From the NCBI GenBank assembly GCA_965227405.1, contig OZ245758.1, positions 1,705,693 through 1,769,692 on the forward strand: a stretch of DNA of 64,000 nucleotides, given 5' to 3'. The DNA comes from Polyangiales bacterium. Lineage in GTDB: Bacteria > Myxococcota_A > Polyangia > Polyangiales > Houyiibacteriaceae. The position numbers and the translations under genes were made by a program. The notes beneath the pieces are model-generated. The model made no database searches. It was not told where the DNA came from and saw only the letters and a program-made list of their open reading frames with translations. This document shows positions 26,446-36,736 of this stretch, piece after piece; position 1 is the stretch's first letter; every line of letters starts with the position of its first letter.

Positions 26446-27330
26446 CTAGGCGCCGCAAGCACCACCGAAGATGCAGTCGGTTGTGGTTCCAGGCGGGCAA
26501 CTTCCGGTACACGCGCTCGGTTCGACTTCGGCACCGCAGCAACCGAGTTCATCGACCTCGTAGCAAGGAATCGGCGCCGGTCGTGCTTCGTCTTCGGACG
26601 GAGGTGCACCGCCGCCGGATCGATCGTTGATCTCACCGCAGCGCGACTCCTCGACACTTCCGGCGGGACACGCGCCACTGCACGCGTTTCGCTCCACGAT
26701 GCCACCGCAGCAGCCTTCGAAGAGCACTTCGCGACACGCTTCCGTGGGCGGGAGCAAACCAGGAGCTGGGAAGCCGGTGCACTCGTACTCGAAGATGGAG
26801 CCCGTGGGACATCCACAGGACGTCGGCTCACCCACGTACTCGCCACAACAACCTTCGCCCAGGTCGGTGAAACAAGCAGCAGGCGGTTCGGCGGCACCTG
26901 CATCGGGCGACGGACGTCGATCGGCTCCCGCATCCGGCAGCGGCGCACCCGCGTCGCTCTCCACCGTTTCGGGACAACCACACGTCGGGATGAATCCTGC
27001 GGTGCACTCCGACACGGGACGACTTCCCGCCGGACAGACTTCACAGCTCTCCGTAAACACGGGTGCACCGCAACAGTCGTCGCCCAAATCTTGTCTGCAG
27101 TTCAGCGGCACTTCGCAGCGCTCTTCGCATCCGGTCACGCGACACTCGCTGCGTTCGATCATTCCGGAGGGACACGCTTCACAGACGGACACCTCGGCAG
27201 CACGACCATCGCAACAGCCCAGCGAATCCGCAGCAAAGCACGTCTTGGTTGCATCGCAGCGAGTCGACTTCGAACTAAAACAACCGACCAACGAGAGCGA
27301 AACACTCGCAAGAATCATCCAACGCATCAT
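26446..27330 (-). CDS. Cys-rich secreted lipoprotein with CCG-motif repeats, tandem paralog 1
   Basis: MMRWMILASVSLSLVGC lipobox. Repeated LGCCDG / DCCGAP / EGCCGE motifs. Confidence 0.6.
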   Translation of the reverse strand: MMRWMILASVSLSLVGCFSSKSTRCDATKTCFAADSLGCCDGRAAEVSVCEACPSGMIERSECRVTGCEERCEVPLNCRQDLGDDCCGAPVFTESCEVCPAGSRPVSECTAGFIPTCGCPETVESDAGAPLPDAGADRRPSPDAGAAEPPAACFTDLGEGCCGEYVGEPTSCGCPTGSIFEYECTGFPAPGLLPPTEACREVLFEGCCGGIVERNACSGACPAGSVEESRCGEINDRSGGGAPPSEDEARPAPIPCYEVDELGCCGAEVEPSACTGSCPPGTTTDCIFGGACGA

Positions 27331-28259
27331 CACGCTCCACATCCCCCGCCAAAGGCGCAATCCATGGAGCTCCCGGGCGGGCACTCCCCCGTGCAGAAGT
27401 CGATTTCCACTTCTGCGCCACAACAACCATCGGCGTCGACCTCGTAGCAAACCGCACGAATGGGCGCTCCGGCATCGTCTGCACCCGCGTCAGGCACACC
27501 AGCATCCGCAGGCGGGTCCGCAGGCTCGTCCATCGGAGGTTCTGCCGGACGCGCGTCGCTTCCGGGTCGGAACCGATCACACGCGGACTCTACGACCGAG
27601 CCCGCCGGACACTCACCGCTGCACGCGTTGCGCTCTACGATGTCCCCGCAGCAGCCCTCGCCGAAGTTCAGTCGGCACACCTCGATCGGGAAAAAGTCTG
27701 CGTCACCCTCGACCGCGAAGTTGGCGCACTCATACTGCGGCACGGTACCCACGGCGCAGCCGCACTCGCCTTCGGTTCCGGCGAGGTTGCCACAGCAGCC
27801 TTCACCAAGGTCGACGTAACAATCGACCTCCGAACGGCGCGGTGCTTCCCGATCTGCACCGTCCTCGGGCGGGATCAACGTCGTCTCGAAACAACCGCAC
27901 TCAGGAACGAACCCGCCACACGACGTCGCCGGTCGACTTCCCATCGGGCAGGTATCGCAGCTCTCGCTGAACACCGGCGCGCCGCAGCAACTCTCGCCCA
28001 AGTCCTGCACGCAGTTGAGTGGAATCTCGCAGGGGTCGTCGCAGCCCGCGACGCGACATTCGGAACGTTCGATCATCCCGGAAGGGCACGCATCGCACGC
28101 CGACACCTCGACACTCGATCCATCGCAGCACCCGAGCGCATCTGCGGCAAAGCAGGTCTTTCGGGCGTCGCATCGGTTGGATTTGGAGGAGAAGCAGCCA
28201 CCCGCCAAGAGGGCGGAAACAGCCAGAATTTGAGTCAAAATGTGCCAGCGGGCATGCAT
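27330..28259 (-). CDS. Cys-rich secreted lipoprotein with CCG-motif repeats, tandem paralog 2
   Basis: MHARWHILTQILAVSALLAGGC. Collinear with paralog 1, e.g. KSNRCDARKTCFAADALGCCDG against KSTRCDATKTCFAADSLGCCDG. Confidence 0.6.
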   Translation of the reverse strand: MHARWHILTQILAVSALLAGGCFSSKSNRCDARKTCFAADALGCCDGSSVEVSACDACPSGMIERSECRVAGCDDPCEIPLNCVQDLGESCCGAPVFSESCDTCPMGSRPATSCGGFVPECGCFETTLIPPEDGADREAPRRSEVDCYVDLGEGCCGNLAGTEGECGCAVGTVPQYECANFAVEGDADFFPIEVCRLNFGEGCCGDIVERNACSGECPAGSVVESACDRFRPGSDARPAEPPMDEPADPPADAGVPDAGADDAGAPIRAVCYEVDADGCCGAEVEIDFCTGECPPGSSMDCAFGGGCGA

Positions 28260-28360
28260 GTAGAGGGATGGAGCACGCGCCATGCCACTCGTGAATACAG
28301 GGAAATTCGCAACCCACCGCGACTGACTCGACCTGGCACGAGTGATGCTCTTCCGCAGGT

Positions 28361-31246
28361 ATGGCTCGCATTGCGATGGTGATCTTGGTTCTCGGCTGCA
28401 CGGCCGCGGATGAAGGCCTGCGCATCAACGAGCTGGTGGCGAGCAACGCTGGAGTCGCCGTCGATGAACGCGGCGAAACCGAAGACATCGTCGAGTTGAT
28501 CAACACCGGAACCGAACGCGTCTGGTTGGATGACTACAAGCTTGCCGACGGAGACAGCGTGGTTCGCTTGCCGGAACTTCCACTCGCGCCGGGTGAACGG
28601 ATCGTGTTCTACGCCGACGGAGAGATCCTCGAAGGCGAACGACACCTTCCCTTTCGACTCAAGTCGTCGGGAGAGACACTCGAGTTGCGTGGTGCAGGGC
28701 GTGTCGACCGCGTGGAGTTTCCCACGTTGGCGGAGAACGAGAGCTTCGCGCGTTTTCCAGACGGCTTTGGCGACATGCAGGTGTGTCGCTATGCATCACC
28801 TGGCCGAAGCAACGGTGAGCGCTGTGGTCCACCACTTCCCGAAGACGTCTCAGTGGAACCCTTCGCGCCCTACGCGTGGCCTGAGCGCTTCCCGGTTGGC
28901 GCCGCGGGTGTTCGTATCGTCGAGTTGGGACTTCGCGGTGACGCGCCCTTTGTCGAAGTGCTCAACGAAGGTGCGACTCCCTCGGACTTGAGTGGCTACG
29001 CGCTTCAGATCGATCCGCATCGTCCAGGGCAGGCCTTTCCATCACGAGTCGAGGCGACCCCGCTTACCGGCACGTTGGCTCCTGGTCAGCACGCTGTGTT
29101 TGATGTCTCCGTTCCCGAAGCACTCGCAACGGACCCGAACTTCGAAGGCGTGGTCACGCTCTTTGAAAGCTCGCGTGCTCATGATCGGGTGGACTTCATG
29201 GCCTGGCCCAGCGGCGCCACGTTGACCCAACTTGAAGGCTCGGGTTCGTTCGTGTTTTGCACCGTTGAAAGCCCGGGCTCAGCCAACACGGAGTGCAGCC
29301 CCTTGGCGTCACGCACCATCGGCGACCGGCTGCGTCATCTGCGCACGCCTGGCGATTTTGGAGCGCTCGCTGCCGGTGGAACCAACTTGGGTGTGCGCGC
29401 CGTGAAGTTCGTCCTCGACATGGAGAACGACGACCTGGTCCACCTGCTCAGTTCCGAAGCGTACGACCTGCACTACACGTTCGTCCGCGAAGCGATCGAT
29501 GGTGAAGAACCGCTCGATCGTTGCGACCCGGTCGAAGCGGCGACCTTCCGAGAGGGTTGGGGCAAGTTCAGCAATGAGCAGTACTCCGCAGTCGACACGC
29601 GTCGCTACTTGCTCGGAACTCTCCTGGATCACGCGGGTGCCGATGCCCATACCGTGGAGTTCGCGACGGGTGATCGCATCACCGGCGAACTCATGCATCG
29701 CGCGTTCTTTGGCGTGGTGGCTCGAACCGACGCACCCCGCGATTGGGCATTGCGTCCGCAAGGCGCATCGCAGTCCGAAAAGATGCGCAGCATCGAGGGT
29801 ACGGTTCCCATCATCGGTGAAGAGTCGATTCGGGCTGGCGTGCGCTTTCAACCGCTCAACGCCGCAGTTGGGTTTGGAATCCTGCGCTTTATCCCCGCGA
29901 CCGACTTGGAAGACGAACCCTTGGGTGGCGACGTCATTGTCATCACAGACGACGTGCCGAACGACATCCCGCTCGTGGGAGGAGTGATCACCGAAGCACT
30001 GCAGACCCCGCTTGCACACATCAACGTGCTGAGCCGAGGCCGTGGCACTCCAAACATGGCGCTGCGCGACGCTCGCAACGACTCGCGCATCATGGGTCTG
30101 ATCGATCAACTCGTGCGTTTGGAAGTCAGCGAAGGTGCGTTCGACATTCGAGCGGCGTCAATCGAAGAAGCCGAAGCGTTTTGGGAGTCGCTGCGTCCCG
30201 AAGGACCCCGGTTGTCGCCGCGGATCGACACATCTGTCACGGCATTGGTTTCGTTGAGCAGCGCAGGCATGGACGATGTGCCTTCCATCGGTGCCAAGGC
30301 CGCACAGCTCGCCGAACTCTCACGCTTGGAGTCGATGCGTCCCGGGTGTCCGGGTCTGATTCAGACTCCTGAGATGGCGTTCGCCGTTCCGGTGCACCAC
30401 TACGTGCGGCACTTCGAACAAAGTGGAGCCGCTGCGCTTCTCGAACAGGAAGAAGCACGTCCGGAGTTCCGTGCGGATGTCCGCGTGCGCGCCGACGCGT
30501 TGTTTCGTGTCCGCGCTGCGATGTTGGACCATCCGGTCGATGTCGACTTGCTTCGCGAAATCAACAGCGCGATGGCCGCTCGTTGGGGCACGAGTACCCG
30601 TGTGCGTTTCCGAAGCAGCAGCAACGTCGAAGACCTCACCGAGTTCAGCGGTGCGGGCTTGTACACCTCAATGAGTGCGCAGTTGGACGACCCCGAGCGT
30701 AAGGTTGAGGATGCTCTTCGAATCGTATGGGCGAGTTTGTGGAACGGACGGGCGTACGAAGAGCGCGAACGCGGACACATCGACCGAAGCACGGTCGCCA
30801 TGGGTGTGCTCGTTCATCCGGCGTTCCAGTCTGAACTTGCGAACGGAATCGGGATCAGCCGAAACGTGCTCGACCTGACTCGTGGCGACATGCACTACTT
30901 CAACATCCAGGTCGGCGAAGCGAGCGTGGCCAACCCTGCACCCGGCGTTCGCACCGACGAGTTGCTCTATCGCTGGGGGCGGTCGCCCCGAGTCGTTTAT
31001 CAGAACCGCTCGTCCCTAACGCCCTTCGACATCATGAGCGACGACGAGCTCGACTTTGCCGCGTGTCAGCTTCGAGCCATTCATGACGGGTTCCGCCAAC
31101 TGCTGGACCCCGAACGTGAAGACGCCTTCTTTGCGATGGACATCGAGTTCAAGCTGGTTGGCGAAAGTCGCGAACTGGTGGTCAAACAAGCCCGTCCCTA
31201 CGACGTCGGAAACGCTGAAGTCCCCGCCGATTGCCGGTCGTTCTGA
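28361..31246 (+). CDS. secreted lipoprotein: two lamin-tail domains + PEP-utilising swivel-His domain + PPDK_N-type ATP-grasp domain
   Basis: Lipobox VLGC. LTD signatures INELVASN...VELINTG and RIVELGL...VEVLNEG. Mobile-His block GGVITEALQTPLAHINVLSRGRGTP. PPDK_N block SIGAKAAQLAEL...RFRSSSNVEDLTEFSGAGLYTS. Confidence 0.7.
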   Translation: MARIAMVILVLGCTAADEGLRINELVASNAGVAVDERGETEDIVELINTGTERVWLDDYKLADGDSVVRLPELPLAPGERIVFYADGEILEGERHLPFRLKSSGETLELRGAGRVDRVEFPTLAENESFARFPDGFGDMQVCRYASPGRSNGERCGPPLPEDVSVEPFAPYAWPERFPVGAAGVRIVELGLRGDAPFVEVLNEGATPSDLSGYALQIDPHRPGQAFPSRVEATPLTGTLAPGQHAVFDVSVPEALATDPNFEGVVTLFESSRAHDRVDFMAWPSGATLTQLEGSGSFVFCTVESPGSANTECSPLASRTIGDRLRHLRTPGDFGALAAGGTNLGVRAVKFVLDMENDDLVHLLSSEAYDLHYTFVREAIDGEEPLDRCDPVEAATFREGWGKFSNEQYSAVDTRRYLLGTLLDHAGADAHTVEFATGDRITGELMHRAFFGVVARTDAPRDWALRPQGASQSEKMRSIEGTVPIIGEESIRAGVRFQPLNAAVGFGILRFIPATDLEDEPLGGDVIVITDDVPNDIPLVGGVITEALQTPLAHINVLSRGRGTPNMALRDARNDSRIMGLIDQLVRLEVSEGAFDIRAASIEEAEAFWESLRPEGPRLSPRIDTSVTALVSLSSAGMDDVPSIGAKAAQLAELSRLESMRPGCPGLIQTPEMAFAVPVHHYVRHFEQSGAAALLEQEEARPEFRADVRVRADALFRVRAAMLDHPVDVDLLREINSAMAARWGTSTRVRFRSSSNVEDLTEFSGAGLYTSMSAQLDDPERKVEDALRIVWASLWNGRAYEERERGHIDRSTVAMGVLVHPAFQSELANGIGISRNVLDLTRGDMHYFNIQVGEASVANPAPGVRTDELLYRWGRSPRVVYQNRSSLTPFDIMSDDELDFAACQLRAIHDGFRQLLDPEREDAFFAMDIEFKLVGESRELVVKQARPYDVGNAEVPADCRSF

Positions 31247-31289
31247 GCTTTTACGTAGCTCGAACATCCCGGCACCAAGATCGCGTTAC

Positions 31290-31811
31290 CTTGTAGACAT
31301 GGAAGATCGCTTTACGCGCCGAGGGTTTGTGGGGGTCTTGGCTGCCGGCGCCGCAAGCGCGCTTTGGCTACCGAAAGCCCGCGCGATCGATCCCATTCGG
31401 TTGGAAGCCCGGTGGACTCAACAGCTCAACGACCGCACGCTCAACCTCACTCTGTGGGTCAAATCGTTGGGCTCCGAAACACATGAAGCCGCACCCCATG
31501 CCATCGAACTCCGCGCAGAGTTTCGTTCGCCTACCGCGCGGCACGCACTAACGTTCGAGCCCATCGTCGAAGAACGCCGTCCTATCCGCACGCGTTCGGG
31601 ACGTCGCATCGAGCGTCGGATCTTCGTGAGTGAGCGCGAGATTTACTACGACTCCTTCCGAACAACCCTGCCGGATGGGTTGCAGGGTGAAGGCGTGTTG
31701 CACATCGAAGCGCGCAGGCGTGTTTCTGTGCAGCAAACCGCAGAGCGTTACCGACCCATGACCACGGCGCTCGCACAGATTCGCGCCCAGGTTCCCGTCC
31801 AGTTCACGTGA
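31290..31811 (+). CDS. Tat-signal secreted hypothetical protein
   Basis: RRGFVGVLAAGAASALW is a twin-arginine motif. Confidence 0.55.
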   Translation, partial: LVDMEDRFTRRGFVGVLAAGAASALWLPKARAIDPIRLEARWTQQLNDRTLNLTLWVKSLGSETHEAAPHAIELRAEFRSPTARHALTFEPIVEERRPIRTRSGRRIERRIFVSEREIYYDSFRTTLPDGLQGEGVLHIEARRRVSVQQTAERYRPMTTALAQIRAQVPVQFT

Positions 31812-32773
31812 CGACGGACCAGCTGGTCTCGTGGCTTCTCGGCACGGGTCATTTGGAGCAACTCGATGTCGATGGCCGACCTTTGGGCGAAGCCGCATCG
31901 CGGGCGTACGTACGTGCGGAGCAAGACGAGCAGGTTCGTGCGTTCGGTGACTCGCGTGACCACACCGGACTCCCGTGCAACATCGCAGCGCTAGCCCAAC
32001 TGCGCGGTCATTGGGAAACCGTCACAGCGTGGGTGGGACGCGCGTTTCGCAACCAACCCGATTGCATGGGTCGAGTCGCGCGCCGAGCTCATCTCGCCAC
32101 TCGGGTGGCGCCGCTCTTGGCGTTGCGCGGTCATCCCGTCAGCGTCGAACACGCAGCACTCTTCAAAACCTTTCTCGGGTTCAATGAAGTGTCGTTGGCA
32201 CTCCTGCTCGAGGAGCGCGTCGACTACGAGCAGCCCGCACGACCCTTGGACGAATGGGTTGATGAGCGCCCATGGCTGATCGGCGACCGTCAGGTCTGCG
32301 CAGGAACTCGCGCGCAAATCAAACGTGCCTGGGAAGCACTTCAGGCGGATGTCGAGGGACCTGAGCCCGAGCCGTGGCTTGTGGCTGCCGCCGATGCGTG
32401 CCGCGAACTCGAAGCTCTCGTGGCTGCATCTGCTGGCGCCGCTCGTGTGGCGCTTCATCGCGGCGCAGATCCATCCGCACTCGGTGCACATCTCATCGAC
32501 GCAACCGTCGTTCCTCGCGCAGTCGAAGCGCTTCGCAACGCACCGAACGCAGGCGTCGTTCACACCACGTTGTTGTTCGAAGCGGGCGGCATCCCCACCT
32601 CACTTCGCGCGTTCGTCGAGGCCATCGCCAACTCTCGTCCAACGGACGAAGCACTCTTGGAGTGCGCGCAGCAACCGGCGAACCGTCTCTGCGCTGCGCT
32701 TGGACGCGAGTCGAGTCCGCTAAGCGCAGCCGCGTTTACACGCTATGGTGAAACAGAAACGGCTGGGTCATGA
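31808..32773 (+). CDS. hypothetical protein
   Basis: ATGA-coupled to the upstream Tat protein. 321 aa, no signal peptide. Confidence 0.5.
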   Translation: MTTDQLVSWLLGTGHLEQLDVDGRPLGEAASRAYVRAEQDEQVRAFGDSRDHTGLPCNIAALAQLRGHWETVTAWVGRAFRNQPDCMGRVARRAHLATRVAPLLALRGHPVSVEHAALFKTFLGFNEVSLALLLEERVDYEQPARPLDEWVDERPWLIGDRQVCAGTRAQIKRAWEALQADVEGPEPEPWLVAAADACRELEALVAASAGAARVALHRGADPSALGAHLIDATVVPRAVEALRNAPNAGVVHTTLLFEAGGIPTSLRAFVEAIANSRPTDEALLECAQQPANRLCAALGRESSPLSAAAFTRYGETETAGS

Positions 32774-33272
32774 CGACACGCCCACCCGCCCGGACGCGCA
32801 GATCGCCCAACCAAGTTTCGAGACACGCATGGATCCCGTCGCTTCGTACCGGCCGCACGATGGAGACATCTTGCACGCGACCACCAACGACACTCCACTC
32901 GACCACCACGCGTCCTCGAGCTGTGTGGTCTTCCTGAAGCACTTCGTTGTAGCAAGCCGTGAGTTCGTCCAAGCGGCCCTCGAGCGCAGCGCGGAGCGTG
33001 TTCTCAGGAATCCGTCCGCGTGAGTACGAAGGCGCCAAGAGATGGATCGTTCCGGTTGGTGCGGGCTGATCTCCGTGGAGTGCTTGCGCGAGGTCACCGG
33101 GAGTCTTCGTAGCGACGACCTCAGGACGGGGCGGAGGTGGAGGCGGAGGCTCAGGTGCGGGCACGAGCATCTCTTCCGCTTCGCGCGGTCTGTCACGCAG
33201 CTCGCGTTGAGGTTCCGGATCTCCGGAACATGCGAACGAGACAGCAATCACCACCAAGATCAATCGCAGCAT
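32736..33272 (-). CDS. lipoprotein with AgmX/PglI-like (TonB-C-like) C-terminal domain
   Basis: Lipobox VSFACSG. Pro-rich spacer. C-terminal block LDELTACYNEVL...GRVVVEWSVVGGRVQDVSIV...ACLETWL. Confidence 0.45.
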   Translation of the reverse strand: MLRLILVVIAVSFACSGDPEPQRELRDRPREAEEMLVPAPEPPPPPPPRPEVVATKTPGDLAQALHGDQPAPTGTIHLLAPSYSRGRIPENTLRAALEGRLDELTACYNEVLQEDHTARGRVVVEWSVVGGRVQDVSIVRPVRSDGIHACLETWLGDLRVRAGGRVVMTQPFLFHHSV

Positions 33273-36200
33273 CAGACGCCGAGAAGAATACCCTCGGTTG
33301 CCGTTCCCGTCGCGGACTCGATTGCACGCGCGTAGGTTTCGACCTGAACCACGTAGGTGTCGTGCGCACCAACGGCGTCAAGATCGGTTTTGTAGTCCAC
33401 CACGATCCACTTGGTGCGACCAAACGCATCGTCTTCACGAAACGCCAAGTCGATCACGCCTTCCACGAGAGTGCCGTCTGCCAATCGTTCGAAGATCGGC
33501 ACTTCGCGTCGATGCTCCGAAGCTTGGTGTGCTCGTTCGATCAACGGATGGGCAAACGCGCGCACGACGGCTTCCACGGCGGCGCTCTGTTCGGTTTCTG
33601 GGGCGCCCAATAGCTTGCCTTGTGCGCGCGTCACCGCGTCGATCAGTTCGCGACTCGCGTCAAAGGGCACCTCGGCGAGGGCTGCGTGCACCAACGTACC
33701 GAATCGCGCACCCATCGGACGCTTGGGGGTCCATGCACCGGTGCTGAGTACCGCGACACCGCGACCTTCCGGTGCGCGTTCGGCGGAAAGCGAACTCACG
33801 GTGCGGACGACTTCCGACGCGGCACTTGCCCGCTCCAGTGTCGCCGCGCGCGTCCGCACCCACGACGTGTGGGTCTCTGTACTGGGTGCTGCGCCTTCGC
33901 CTCGTGGCTCGAGCAAGACACGACGACGCATCTCCGCGCCACCTTCACCGTGAAGTTTAAGGGCTGTCGGGTCCCACCACACCGCTTCCACCCCGTCGGC
34001 CGTGCGATGCAATCCCGGACGCACCGTCATCGAAACTGCACGGGCGACTTTCTCCGATCGCTCGAGCACCGTGTCTTGGCCTTCAAACGCAGGACACCCT
34101 GGACCGGGTCGCATCGCCTCGGCTTCTTCTGGAGAGGGATAGAGCCCAGCATAGAGTGTCTTGAGCCAGCTCTCTTCGATCGGACCGTCACCCGGCGCGG
34201 GCACCACAAGAAGTTCCGTTGCGCGTGTCGCCGCCACGTAAGCAATCCGAACGCGCTCTGCGAGGTCGGCCGACAACGCCTCCGCCTGATGCGTTCGCAC
34301 ATCGGCAGGCGTCGCGTAGCACAAAGGCATCGCCCAGAGTTTTCGTTCGGCATCAACGTGACGGCTCGGTTCGTCGCGCGTTTCCTTGGCGGTGGGATCA
34401 CACAACACAACGACGGGAAACTCGAGCCCCTTGGCTTTGTGCACCGTCATCAGACGCACGCCTTCGTCACCTTCGCGAACCATTCCGCTTTCCTGGGAAC
34501 CCGCGCGCTCAGACTGCGCATCCACCCACGAAATAAACGCGCGGAACGATGTCGCCCCACGACCGTCCATGCGTCGCGCATGCTCGACGAAGCGATCGAC
34601 GTTGGACAGAGTTTGTTTCGGCGAAGGCCAGAACGAGAGAATCGCCGTTCCACGCGTGGCTTCGAGAAAACTGGTCACCGTGTCTGCAATCGGGCGACGG
34701 TTTCGTTGCATGTGCAGTTCGCCCAGCACCTCAAGCGCCGTCCCCACCGCACGTTCCGCGTCTCCGAGCTCCCACGAACTTCGGTCTGCAAACGGATGAA
34801 AGGGATGGTGCTCGCGACCAACTTTGTCCCGCGCCACGCTGCGATAACTCAGCAACGTCGGATCATCGATGCCAAAGAAAGGCCCGCGAAGCACCGAGTA
34901 CACCGCAAGCGGATCGTCGGGCCATTCGATCGCAGCACAGACTTGGCGTAAGGCAGCGATCTCCTCGCGTGCGTAGAACGTGCGACCACCGTGCAGGATG
35001 TGTGGCACCCCACGTTGGGCGAATCCCTGCACGTACGGACTTGTCACATCACGCCACGCGCTCGACAGCCGCGTAAACAGTAGCGCGACGTCGCCCCACG
35101 CGATCGGACGCCCTTGCACCGTCCAACCACTCTCGGTGACGAGCCAATGCACGAACGCGCAGATCGACTCGGCACTCGAACGTTCGAGTGCACCCACGAA
35201 GTAGTTGATTCCAAAGTCGCCGTATGGATGCGGAATCGGAGCTACTACGATCGACGGTTGTTCGTTACGTGCTGCCCGATGCGGAGAAAGCGGGACGTAC
35301 TTCGCTTGATGCTCCGCGCCCTCCATCCGCGCTTTGAAGGCGTGGTTGACCGTACGTTGAAGCGAAGGGACCGCACGAAAGCTGGTTGAGAGCTCCAGCA
35401 CCTCGCCACCGGCCCAGAGCACACTCGCTTTGGCGTGCTCGTACACGGCCAAGTCTGCGCGCCGAAAACGGTAAACCGCTTGCTTGGGATCGCCGACGAC
35501 GAAGAGCTTTCCTGGCTTGAGCCGCACTTTTCGCCAGTCGTCGACGCGTGAATCCGAAGCCGCCAACAAGAAGAGCACCTCAACCTGCACGGGGTCGGTG
35601 TCCTGAAACTCATCGACAAAAATGTGGGTAAAGCGCTGCTGAAGTTCAGTCCGCACGTCGCTTCGCTTTCGCAAAAGCTCACGCGTCTGAACCAAGAGAT
35701 CCAAGAAGTCGAGTTGACCTGCCGCGCGTTTGCGCCGCTCGTACTCCGCAACGCGAGGCCACAGTTCGGCCTGCAGCGCGGCTGCGAGATCCATCTCGGC
35801 GTCTTCGACGTAGCGACGCACCACCTGGTACGCCTCGTCACGCGACTGCAGCACTTCGTCGCGTGGAAGCCCGGCGAACTGTGCGCCGTATCCCTTCCAA
35901 CGCCAATGACCTTGGCTCTTGCGTCCAAAATCGCGCAGATCGGCTTCGAGTCGATCAATCGTTTGTCGGCGTGCACGTTCACGTGATTCTTCAGGCCGAG
36001 CATCGATCGCGCTCAGTCGTGCATCGGCATCTTGTGCGAAGCGCCAGATCGCGGTGATCGACTTCGTCAGATGGTTGTCGGGAAGATCCGGCTTTGTCGC
36101 CAACTCACCCAAGTCCCGAAGCACCTCCAGCACCTCGAGCAATCGCATCTCACGCTGAAACGGCGGTCGTGACCATGGTGTGGGAAAGTCTCGGTGCTCC

Positions 36201-36736
36201 ACCAGTTTCCGCACTGCGTCGCGCAACAGCTCACGTGGACCGGTATCGCGTCCCCAGCGCTTCATGTGCAGCACGCGAGCGACCCCCGGTGGTGGATCAT
36301 GCAGCGCCTGACCAAACCAGGTATCGAATGTCTGGTTCACGAGACGCTCGACCTCGTCGTCGGAGCACACCGTGAAAAGCGGATCGATTTCGGCTTCGAC
36401 CGGACGCTCTCGAAGCATCTCGCCGCAGAACCCATGGATCGTGCCCACAAACGCGAGTTCCAATTCTGCGAGCGCGCGAACAAAGCGTGCTTCAGTCTCC
36501 GGATCCGCCTCGCGACGAGCTCGCTCGAGTTCATCGCGCAGCTTGATCTTCATCTCGCCGGCGGCCTTCTCCGTGAAGGTCACCGCGACCATTCGCTCAA
36601 GCCGACCACCCGCAGCAACAGCCGCCACAATGCGACCGATCAGTGCGGTTGTTTTGCCAGTTCCTGCGGCGGCTTCGACAACAAAGGTGGTCTCCAGGTC
36701 CTCGCGAATGCGTCGGCGTGCTTCGGCGTCACGCAT
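33272..36736 (-). CDS. addA: AddA-type UvrD-family helicase / PD-(D/E)XK nuclease
   Basis: Walker A AAAGTGKTTAL and UvrD motifs. C-terminal VVDYKTD nuclease motif. The ATG overlaps the addB TGA by one nucleotide (TGATG). Confidence 0.8.
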   Translation of the reverse strand: MRDAEARRRIREDLETTFVVEAAAGTGKTTALIGRIVAAVAAGGRLERMVAVTFTEKAAGEMKIKLRDELERARREADPETEARFVRALAELELAFVGTIHGFCGEMLRERPVEAEIDPLFTVCSDDEVERLVNQTFDTWFGQALHDPPPGVARVLHMKRWGRDTGPRELLRDAVRKLVEHRDFPTPWSRPPFQREMRLLEVLEVLRDLGELATKPDLPDNHLTKSITAIWRFAQDADARLSAIDARPEESRERARRQTIDRLEADLRDFGRKSQGHWRWKGYGAQFAGLPRDEVLQSRDEAYQVVRRYVEDAEMDLAAALQAELWPRVAEYERRKRAAGQLDFLDLLVQTRELLRKRSDVRTELQQRFTHIFVDEFQDTDPVQVEVLFLLAASDSRVDDWRKVRLKPGKLFVVGDPKQAVYRFRRADLAVYEHAKASVLWAGGEVLELSTSFRAVPSLQRTVNHAFKARMEGAEHQAKYVPLSPHRAARNEQPSIVVAPIPHPYGDFGINYFVGALERSSAESICAFVHWLVTESGWTVQGRPIAWGDVALLFTRLSSAWRDVTSPYVQGFAQRGVPHILHGGRTFYAREEIAALRQVCAAIEWPDDPLAVYSVLRGPFFGIDDPTLLSYRSVARDKVGREHHPFHPFADRSSWELGDAERAVGTALEVLGELHMQRNRRPIADTVTSFLEATRGTAILSFWPSPKQTLSNVDRFVEHARRMDGRGATSFRAFISWVDAQSERAGSQESGMVREGDEGVRLMTVHKAKGLEFPVVVLCDPTAKETRDEPSRHVDAERKLWAMPLCYATPADVRTHQAEALSADLAERVRIAYVAATRATELLVVPAPGDGPIEESWLKTLYAGLYPSPEEAEAMRPGPGCPAFEGQDTVLERSEKVARAVSMTVRPGLHRTADGVEAVWWDPTALKLHGEGGAEMRRRVLLEPRGEGAAPSTETHTSWVRTRAATLERASAASEVVRTVSSLSAERAPEGRGVAVLSTGAWTPKRPMGARFGTLVHAALAEVPFDASRELIDAVTRAQGKLLGAPETEQSAAVEAVVRAFAHPLIERAHQASEHRREVPIFERLADGTLVEGVIDLAFREDDAFGRTKWIVVDYKTDLDAVGAHDTYVVQVETYARAIESATGTATEGILLGV

